64,000 nucleotides of DNA. Origin: Magallana gigas (taxonomy: Eukaryota). Where the stretch lies: assembly GCF_963853765.1 (NCBI RefSeq), contig NC_088854.1:48980001-49044000 (forward strand). Reading direction: 5' to 3'. Made by a program: the position numbers and the translations under genes. Every line of letters begins with the position of its first letter. Position 1 is the first letter of the stretch. Shown piece by piece: positions 12,263 to 23,400 of this stretch. Below the pieces are notes generated by a model. The model was not told where the DNA came from, did not search any database, and was given only the letters and a program-made list of their open reading frames with translations.

Positions 12263-15200
12263 CGACAATGGCATTGCCATACCCTACAATACACTATTCT
12301 TATCTGGATTTTAGTCTTTGAGGTTGTAAATCATTATATCTTCTATGGTTTAAAACTTTATCTTAACCTATATTTTGACATGTCGATTATTTTTTTTGAG
12401 TTTTGTTTCATAGCTAAAACATTTAGATTAAACAGATCTTTTTTCGCGAGCCGATTTTTACACAGTTGGGGCGAATACACTTCGGGTTAAAATTGTTCGG
12501 GGGGGAATACATACAGGGCAAACAAAACCACTTAGATTCGCAAAGCCAACAGTGTTATTTCTAATTTAATTGTTTATACTGTGTGGGGTTAATTCATCAA
12601 TGTTAATTTAACCATTTTATAACCACTATATAAGAGCTATTAAGACATTTATTTGTAGGAAAGAGCATATACGAATGATCTTTATTTAGAACAGTTTGAT
12701 ATTGCTAGGATACAGGTTTCAGATCCATGATTTGATTGGTTAATTTAGATATTGAATCTCGAATTTCGAATCTCGAATCTCGTATTTCGAATCTCGTATT
12801 TCGAATCTCAAATCTCGAATGATCCTTCTCGGCTTTCGTAGGAACACGATGCAAAACGTACATTTTCTTTGGGTGACAGAATTGATAATAACCAATCGTA
12901 ACATATTGAAAATCCCCCGACATCATTTTAGTCCAATGTAGATAATAGGGATGTATTACTCACCTCAAAAGCAATGTGTTGAGTGAATTTTAAACAGTTA
13001 TTTATGTTTTTAGATCAATACGATTAGTACTCGAGAAAAAACATTATTGTAATTCGAGGGTAGATAAATCTTTCATCCACCCTCCCCCAGCAATAGTTGT
13101 TTAGTTTAATGGTTCAGAAACAAATTGAAAGAGACATATCAAAATCAGTGTTATATCACCCTGTAGTTCGTTAACGTCTGGTTTAAGTCACTGCCAAACA
13201 ATAAAAAACGTGAAGATTCATCGGATGACAGAAATGATAAAAACTAATCGTCGCAATGTAGGGAAAATCAAATGATATATTCACATCATACAAATAGGTA
13301 ACGTGCAGGTGAACATTTTCGAGCATGTTGGATTTCAGCCAATCAGAGAGCAAGGAATTAATCAAATAATAAAGCATTTTATTTTGTCTAGTATTCGATA
13401 TCATTAAATCAGAGAGCTGGGATTTATAAATCAAGCATATATATGTATTCATATTTGTAGATGTTCATCTCCTTTTTAAAAAGCTTTTCAAGGAATTCGG
13501 GCTTTTTAAAAAAGATAGTTTTTTGTCGCCTCAAATGTCATGAACGAAGATTACGTGTAAAAACATATATCTTAAACCGAAAAACATTATGATAAATAAG
13601 AGTTAAAGAAAAATGAATAACCTCTTTAAAAATTATCATTGGACATAACTGATTGCATTGAACTATTCACAAAAGTTAAAATTTTACGACTCATTTTATA
13701 AGAACAATGTATTTTTAGCGTTATTTTGTCTCTTCAGATATGTTAACTTGTCCGTAAAAAAATCCTTCTCTTAATATTGAATTAATGTGACAAAACTTTT
13801 TTCAGTAAAACCGTTTCATATAACTACACAAGTAAATTTAATGGAATCTTGATTTTCATCACAGAGAAAGCAAGCTCTAAAACAGGAATGGTTGTCGGAA
13901 GTGTTGGAGGGGCTCTGGTGTTGATCACAATTGTACTGATTCTTGGGATTGTTCACAGACGCTTCACATGTATCTGTAAAATAGGTAATCATTCAACAAC
14001 TCTTCAGGGTTTTTATGAGCAATTTTATGTCGCAAACAACAGTTTAAAGACTTGAATACGATTAAGAAATTCTACAAAATCTTCCAAAAGGTAGATTTTA
14101 CACCGTTTACATTGTCTTTGACTCAGTAAACGTTCAGATAATAAGTTTTAGAATGGCGTACAATTTTCTAAAATGCTTTTGTTGTTGTAAAGAATAGTTT
14201 GATTTGTGCAATACATGCTAGTCCAATATTTTTATGAATAATTCAACGGTGTCACTAATTGGATTGGATTTCTTTCATAAATGATTATTTTTTTCTTTCA
14301 TAAACATCTTGAAGTACAAGCATTTAAAAAAGTATAAATAAAAATAATTTTCATTGATATTTTTAGTAGAAATGCTTCTGAAATCAAAACAAATGTTTCT
14401 ATTGATTTTTTTTTAGCATTGGAGAACAAAGATAGGTAAGGTTTATCGTGTAAAATCAGTATTTAAACATTGGGATATAAAAGTATTTTTTTATTGTGGA
14501 AAAAAGCATATTAAATTTTGCTTGATTATTAATAAAAATTGCTGATAAATATAATCTGAATTTTATGAAATAAAATATGATACTTGAGCTTAAATACCTA
14601 GCTGAACATTTTTTGTGTTTCTATTGACATATAAACTTTCTGCTTGTTGGTCATTTGTTTGATGTCTTATTTTTCTTATAAGATTAAGAAAAAAAACTCG
14701 ATAAAGTTATATACAGTAAATTATATTAAAAAATCCTCTGGGTAATAAGTATACGTTCATAAACGCGCAATATGTATTTAACAACAATGAATCGTTTATT
14801 AAATATTTAATTCAGAAATACAACAGTTGCAGCAAACAAAGATAAATCTAACTATTCAACCATACAAGGTAAAGACAAGCTCTGAATGTACAATTTCAGG
14901 GGTTTTTTTCAATAAAACTTATGCTTCAAATGTCATGTAAGCTATAATTTTCTTATAAAAACAAGGAAATACAATATTAAAATTCATGATCATGAACTAA
15001 TATCTTTTTCCAAAACGCAAACACAAAATTAACTATAAATACTTTATAATACTTCTCAAGATAAATGCAGATATTGTCAATGTAAAATGCTCTATTTAAA
15101 CGATTCTTGAAAGTCCGTTTGTTTAATTTCAGAACAACAAGAACATTCAGAAAGGTGTGTTAATTTGTATATCTAATAGCTATATTGTAAGTTTTAAACT

Positions 15201-17449
15201 AAAATGCTTAATTTGTCAATGCATTGTTTTGACTAATGTTGGTTACGATTACTTTTAAAACTGACAAAAATTTTAAATATGCTTATTTTCCTATTGCTGT
15301 GCTGTATTCCGACAACCGCCATTTTAGTTTTTGATTTTTGTTGTTACGCTCTATACAAGTCATGCTTTACTTCATTCTTATTTCATTCCACACGCTACTG
15401 TGGAAAGAAAGATAAGTAGAAATGCGTTTAAAAACATGACAGCCACTTCGCTGGTAAGGAAGACTTAGTTCCAAGCACACATAGCCATATTGTCTTCATA
15501 TTTTTTAAATCCTTGTATATAGAGAAACATCTTTAAATACTTGTTTATAAAAATTATTTGCCAAAAAAGCTGTAACTTATGTGAAAGCATCCTTAAGTAA
15601 TGTAGATTCACAGTTGTCAAATTTATCTTCGGGGGTATGGGGCAAACGCGGGGATAAGGGTCAAGTTCTTACATAGGATTAAAAAATTATTCTCAAAATT
15701 TCAATTTTTATAATTCATGGTAGATGTATCACTTAGATGCAAACATCTTAACATATGTTTAATTCTCAATAACTGTAAACGAACTTTTATTTGCGACGAA
15801 TTTACTCCGCGATTAACCACCGAAAAACCGAATCACTACGTCTCATGTTTGCGACCAAACTTATTAAGATCAATGTTGTTATAAAATTATATACGACAAG
15901 GACCAGTTCACGGCGAGAAATATTCAAGGAAACGAGGTATTCGCTAAACGCGCAAAATTTTTTGCTTGCGAATAAAAGTTGGTTTACAGTAGTTAGAATG
16001 TGGCCCCTGGATATTTCTTTGGCCCCGCAAGAGGTGAGAGTTTGATGTAGGTTTAATTGTAAAAATAATGAATCGTTATCTCAGAGATTGCAAGAAAAAC
16101 AAGAACGCTTTTGTGAATTATTTATTGGCGATAATGGGCACGGCTGATAAATACATAAATCTTTAAAACTGCAATGTTCAATACATGATTTGACTTCATG
16201 AAAAGAACAATCCTACTGCAAAAGAGGCTCAATACATAAGAAAATTTGAAAAATTTGTTCATAGAGGATCTACTCTACTACTTTGTCGAGATATTTCGTA
16301 TATGACTCCACATAACTGTCTTTATTATCACTAGTGTTGCTTAGGTGAGGTGGCCCACGAGCCTCCTGGTTTCTATTGTGTTTTTCTCCCCCTTAACAAA
16401 CTATAGCATTGCAAAGTACAATGCATGTATTTAGAAATAATTACAACCCGAATGCCTCGATCGGGACGGAACCGACGGTTACTTTTTGTCCAGTATATAT
16501 ACCCCTGTAGCAGTAGAGGAGCGATCAAAAATTGAATAGCGACCAAATGCTTTTATGGGTTTATGTCAGCTTTATGTACATAGTTATGTTTTGATTATGC
16601 AAACACAAGCACTCTTACCTATTATAACAAATAAATATATTTAATTTATGTGATTTTCCCTTAATCAAAAAATAAGTTTTATATTATTTTTACACATTGG
16701 CTAAACTTAAGAAAAACGAACATATTTCATTTCCAACACGGTGTGCAAATTTACATTATTTTAAAGAGTTGTGCTGTTTAAAGAACTTTATTTGACCGTT
16801 TAAAATTTTTGAATTTTATTGTATACATTTAATAAAAACATAGAAAAATATTAATATGCATTTAGCATTTAAATATATGATTTTCTTGTACAAATCAATA
16901 TAATAAGTTCATAAAAGTGTTTTCCCGAGAATAAACAGCAAGTGAAATTAATTTCACAAAAGCATATACAGGATTTTTTTTTTTACAATATTTATTAATT
17001 TAATGATCAATGAATTTTTTTTATGGATGTAAATTGTAGGAACATGTATGACGCGTTAACATCAACTGAAAATGCAAACCAATACGAAGATATTTTGAAG
17101 AAAGGTACGGCAGACTAAGAACTAATGTACAGTTTATTTCGATAATTTGAATTAAATCAAATTTTTCATTTCTCTTTCATTTTATGATATAACTGTTCAA
17201 TTGTCTATACGAAAGCTTTTTTTCTTCTAAAAAATGTAATTATACAATGTAATTCAAGAACCTAAATCATTTTTTTAAAGTGAAAGCTTTCGGTTGATAG
17301 CAATTTCTACTTGTTTTAAATGAAAATTTTCAAGAATAACTTTATTAGAATCCATGATCATTTCATTTAAACTTCTGATAAAGATTTGTATTTGCATATT
17401 ATCAATTGATATGATTATTTTCATTACAGATAATAATGGATATGATGAG

Positions 17450-17497
<48 letters not shown>

Positions 17498-20400
17498 ACT
17501 GTCTCTTTTTCTATCATTCTCTATCTTTTCATCTCTATTTCAGTCATCACAAAGTTATAAGGTATCCGATCCATAATAGCCTCAGATTCAATGAATCTGG
17601 GTGCATAACAGATATGTATGGGCTTAACACTCAGTATACTTGAACATAATGTTCCTATTTAAGTATCAATATGTAAGTGTGGAATGTGTCCTAATTAATG
17701 TCCTTTTCCTTTTTTTGAAGAGTTGTCCCCCTTTGCTTTTATTCTATAAAAATTTATTCTAAAAAATCTACACGGTATTAAATTTATTTTCAATAGTTTT
17801 TGTATTTCTATTGATAAAATACAGCTTTCCACCAAAGCATTTTTTAATACTCCTAGTAATTACTTTTTTATCTTAAAAAATGTGCTTGTCTCCATAGACC
17901 TTAATGCTATCTTTATTAATTAATTACTGCTTAGTTAATAATATTTTTGAAAATTTCTCTCGGTAAATCTTTTTTCTACTCTTAAATGCTTTAAATGAAT
18001 ATCAAAGTATTAAATCCATGATGAATATTTAAGGTTGGAAAAATTTGGTCCTAATATGGATCGGGTACCTTATAATTATCAATCTGTTTGTAGAAAGTTG
18101 TATGAAAAACTGCAAAGCAGTGCTGATAAAGACAATGAAGCAAGTTCCTCTAAACGGAGGATACCATTGAAAATTAAAGGTAAATGCACTTCTAGATTTT
18201 ACCGAACAATTGAATTATCAATTTCAGTTGAAATACTGTCTAAAAAACTTAATATCATGTTAAAAAAGGACAAAGTGAGAAGACATGTCAGAAAAATTCC
18301 ACACAATTTTTGTAGCGGTATTGATATAGTGTTCAATAGTAAAGTGATATAATAATGATTAATTTAAGAAAATCGAAGAAATCGAGCAGTAAAAGTAATT
18401 ATGATAAAAGAAAAACCCAGAACAATAACAGTAAACAAGTGCTTTAATGACTGACTGAATTCTTAAAAAGTATGTAAAGGTTGTTACACGGCTTAACAAG
18501 GACGCGAGGGACCTAGGCAACCGTGTAACAACCATTTTGTCGCATGGTCTTTCTTTCTAGATTGAATGATGAAACTTATTAGGGTTTGATCGGTAAGGAC
18601 TAAATAGATAAACAGTCAACAGTGTTCTGAGATATATTCACTCTGATTAAATCTTAAAGCGGTACACAAAATGGCAGAGGAAAAGTTTTGTTTTATGGAC
18701 ATACAAGAAATAGGAGTGTGATAAAAAATACAACTCTAAAAATCCATCCAATGTAAAAGGTTATCGTATAACTGATGATTTAGTGATTGGTTCAATGATT
18801 AATCACTTAACACTTTTCGTTCATCAGTGATATACCATGGGCAATCAAATTAAAATTTGTGGTCGTTAGAGTGTAACCATGCAACAAATTCGCTTCTCTT
18901 ATCACTGTTTTTCTACATGTATATCTTGTTTTATCGTAAATTACCGATTTTACTTGTACAATATTGTATTTGACTATTCAACATTAAATTGAAATACTTG
19001 TATAAAAAGATGTTAACTATACTACTATGGAGAGAACATTAACAAAATAAGATCTATAAAACATTTTGAAGTTATGCCCAAGCTGACATGAAAATATCTG
19101 ATCACTTATTGATATTCATAGTTTTATTTTTTTCGGTTTTTATCCTATTGCTGGTTTTTTTTATGTCTGACTTATCCAAGATACCTGATGAATAAACTAA
19201 GAGAGATTGATTAGGACTAAATACTTTATTATGGTTTGGCGTTACTGGCCGCAGTGACTTTAGGCTACCAATGGGCTGCCTCACAACAATTCAAACAATA
19301 CAACAATACGTGACGGCCCATCAATAGGCTCATTGCGCAGTGGGTGAGCACAAATGCACAAACGTCACAAAATATAATATTCTGTACAGTGGGTAAGTGC
19401 AAATGCACAGACATACAAATGACAAAGTTATACACAAGGTTTGTGCGAATGGGTAAACGCAAATGCACAAGTTTCAAAGTTCAAAACACATTAAAATTGT
19501 CAAAGTTCTTGTGCAGCAAGTATGTGCGCGAATGCACAAGCATGAATACACAGCATTTTAAACACATTAACAGCATTATAAACACATTATATTGACAGTA
19601 AAAAACTGTATCCTTTGATAATTTGAATGATTGCACTCTTCCATTGGAGTTGGGGTGCGACGATAGCCCATAAATCAACGACAATGTCAGGAATAGAACG
19701 AGTGTCACTGCGACGATTTTTTGTTCAGAACTGCAGGTATCACAAAGATTACGTGGGTGTCACACCGGAACTGAAGGTATCACAAAGGTTATGATGGTTG
19801 ACCTGAAAAAAATAATGTAAAGAAAAGCAGTATGTGGTTCTAAGGAAAGGAAATGGGAGAGGAAGGGAGGGTAAATTAATCTAAAGAGTATACTTTATTA
19901 CGGAGAATTAAAACATGTCTTACCAGTTTCAAGAAGAATCCAGAAATGATGCAAAAGGAGGCCTAATTTTAAAGCGAGTATATTCAACCGGAAAAATTCC
20001 GGAAAAACATAAACACTATTTATAGGTCCTTGGATAAATTTGCATATCTTTGACAAGCCAAGATATGCCGTATTATCCAAGATACCTGATGAATAAACTA
20101 AGAGAGATTGATTAGGACTAAATACTTTATTATGGTTTGGCGTTACTGGCCGCAGTGACTTTAGGCTACCAATGGGCTGCCTCACAACAATTCAAACAAT
20201 ACAACAATACGTGACGGCCCATCAATAGGCTCATTGCGCAGTGGGTGAGCACAAATGCACAAACGTCACAAAATATAATATTCTGTACAGTGGGTAAGTG
20301 CAAATGCACAGACATACAAATGACAAAGTTATACACAAGGTTTGTGCGAATGGGTAAACGCAAATGCACAAGTTTCAAAGTTCAAAACACATTAAAATTG

Positions 20401-23400
20401 TCAAAGTTCTTGTGCAGCAAGTATGTGCGCGAATGCACAAGCATGAATACACAGCATTTTAAACACATTAACAGCATTATAAACACATTATATTGACAGT
20501 AAAAAACTGTATCCTATGATAATTTGAATGATTGCACTCTTCCATTGGAGTTGGGGTGCGACGATAGCGCCACTTGCAAGGGTCATGAACGTTTGTTTAT
20601 GACACTGCAACCGCCACCAATGGAGTGCGCCACTTTCCAAAAGTAACATTGGTGACGGCGGCAGGACCGCAACTCCAATGGTCACCACGAGCCAGTAGTA
20701 GTTAATTGTGATGTGGTTAGTCCGGAAGGCCAACACCGCCACAATTTAATAAATCTTGCAACGCACCTTGAATGGTATTTAAAAGGATATCATTACCCAG
20801 CTGGGACAGGTGAACTCCATCAGGGTCAAACAACGTAGGTGGTTTTGGGGAAAACTGAGGGTATTTGATGTAATGACCGCCCCTCGATGTTACAAATTTT
20901 ATCGCTTCTCTATTCATTCGACCCCTTATTTCATTCATTGCTTTAACATTGTCTGAAAAGCGCCAAGCTAATCTAGGCAGGGCAGAGGACCAAACTATCG
21001 TTGTGGTAGGGAACATGTCACAAATTCGGGACAAGGTTGTGAAAAGGAGCTCCAGCAGCTCTTCAGTGGTTTTCTGGCCAACATTGTTTGCTCCGCAATG
21101 AATGACGAGAAACTCAGGACGATCTTCTAACCTTAGCAACGTTGATAGCCTAGTATTAAGGTCTTGTAGCTTCATGCCACTATATCCCTGCCATAAGACT
21201 GAAGTATTCTCGAGATTAAGATTAAGCCCCCCCCTGTCTTGATACTGCACTCATAGCTGCTCGTTTGATGATAGAAGATCCGACAATCCAAACTCTGACA
21301 GGACCTAGAATTATCTTGTTTATGGTTAGTAAGATAGATACTGTTGGAATGATAAGGTTACCGAATGTATGTACGAAATGCATTAGAGCGCCATCGTCCT
21401 GACCCTTGGATGACGTCACTGTGAACGCCTTGAATAGCAAGGGTTGTAGCTGCACCTATTCTAAATGAATGGGAATTATAATTGGAGCTATCAACCCCTA
21501 TTGCATTAAGACAACGCTTCAATATGGTGATAAATTGATAACGGGTCAATGGTTGACCTTCAAAATGAATAAACAATGGGCCAGTTTGAGATGTGCGCAT
21601 GTGTAAGTAGGCATGCATGGCGGCAAAAGGACAAGCAACACCATTTGAAGCAGGAATCTGCAAGTTTGCCCCCACACCTAATTGGTCTGTTTTTGAATGA
21701 CAAATTGTCAATTGAATGTTGGTCTGCTGCATTGTTATGTCATGAAATTGGATGATAGTTGCTGGTGTGTTGCCTTTAGACACTGTGAATTCCCCTATGC
21801 GCAAGAGGGCGTGAAATGCTAAAGTGAAAGCTGCAGTGAATAGTTTGGTTTCGTATATGGTGTTGCATACGGTTTGCAATGTTGGTATAATTTTGTTTAA
21901 GAGCTGTAATGTAATAGGCAAACGAGTGTCCTTGTGTAGTGTTGTTCTTTGCATGCCCTGAAGTAGCTTTCTTATAATAAAATGATTAGTAGGATCTACA
22001 TTGTAAATTGCTTTGCTGTAAAAACTGATGGCTGCAATGTATGACTGAGCTGTGGAGTATTTGTAACCTGAAAGTGACAGGTAAGCGATAAACCTTGTAA
22101 TGTGAGTGTCGAGAGGTGGCCACAGACTGGGTAGGTTATGAGACCGGCGAAATGTTTCAAATGAATTGATGCCTGCTGTGTGTGTTTGCCTAGTGTTTAC
22201 AGCAACTGAAGCGTTGAACAATGATTGGATGTGACTTGTGAGAGTAATGTCTGGAATAGGGCTGGAATGGCCTGCGGATGAAGGTCTGCATAAGGTGCTG
22301 CTGCTCGAAAGACTTCCCACTGTTTGCGAGATATAGAATCAGCAATAATGTTTGATTTTCCCGGAATATGTTGTGCTTTAAATTGTATGTTGTGTTTTAA
22401 AGCCATTAAGACTAACGATCTGACAAGTACCATTACTCTTGGGGACTTGGCTGACTGTTTGTTGAGAATATGTACAAGGGAAATATTATCTACATGGAGG
22501 ATGACTTTTTTGTTTTGCAAACGCAATCCCCATATCATGAAGGCTAATACAATAGGTACTAATTCGAGAAAAGTTATGTCCCGCAAAATTGGCTTGTTTA
22601 ACCATGAAGATGGCCAGGTAAAATGAACCCACTGACCCTGAAAGAAACTGCCGCAACCAAGGTGGCCAGAACCTGCACTATCCGTGTAAAGTTGCAAAGT
22701 ATCTAGTGTAACCCATTCAGTGTCTGGGAAGTATACAACGCCGTTAAAGTTGTCTAAAAATTGTAGCCATGTGAACATGTCTTCACGGATAGGGTTCGTA
22801 ATTCTGATGTGATGATAGGGAGAGGGCACCCCGGACATAACATTGTAAAATCTCCTATTGAATGCACGGCTACCTGGGATGGCTTTACTAACGAAATTGA
22901 GCTTGCCCACTAAAGATTCTAACTGGGAAAGAAGAATTTTTTTCTGTGTGACCCAATGCTGCAACAAAAGTTTAAGTTCTTGAACCTTACTAACGGGAAT
23001 TTGGACCAGCATATTCACAGTGTCGATTTCTAAACCAAGAAATGTAAGCTTAGTGGTTGGCTCAATAGTTTTGTCTTGGTTCAGGGGGACCCCTATTTCT
23101 GAACAAATGTCCTGAAAAGTGTGCATGAGAGCTGAACAATTGTCTGAATTGGACTTGCCAATAAAAATAAAGTCATCCAAGTAGTGGTGAACTGTATCGA
23201 GTTGTGTTTTAAATTTGACAGCCCATTCTAAGAAAGTGGAAAAAGTTTCAAATATTTTGCATGATATTGAACACCCAAAGGGGAGGCATTTGTCGATGTA
23301 ATAAGCCCCATTAATGTAAATTCCTAGAAGTTCAAAGTCCCCTGGGTAAATTGGCAGAAGACGAAAAGCATTTTTAATGTCCACCTTAGCTAATAGAGCC

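Larger units (their letters stand above)
9441..12840. mobile_element. 3.4-kb non-autonomous DNA transposon, TAC..GTA termini, 6-bp TSD (IS3EU-like)
   Basis: TIRs of ~195 bp (9441-9636, 12646-12840) start TACGAAAGCCGAGAAGG and contain a (GATTCGA)-type heptamer array. Weaker inverted similarity continues to ~9800/~12465. GGAACA at 9435-9440 and 12841-12846. No transposase ORF recognised. Confidence 0.8.

Noticed and set aside
12096-12490. ORFs with VCLS/LSLS repeats
   Set aside because: They are translations of a microsatellite.
19102-20496. Duplicated small ORFs (19265/20166, 19344/20245, 19898/25282) as duplicated genes
   Set aside because: They are chance ORFs inside the non-coding A and B terminal repeats.
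21305-21362. In-frame YR-SGNH fusion by splicing the 57-nt intron
   Set aside because: The donor is phase 2 in the YR frame but the SGNH acceptor needs phase 1; the product is out of frame and stops.
21358-22320. Tyrosine recombinase as a phage integrase or prophage
   Set aside because: It overlaps an RT/RNase H ORF and lies within split direct repeats, so it is a Ngaro retrotransposon YR.
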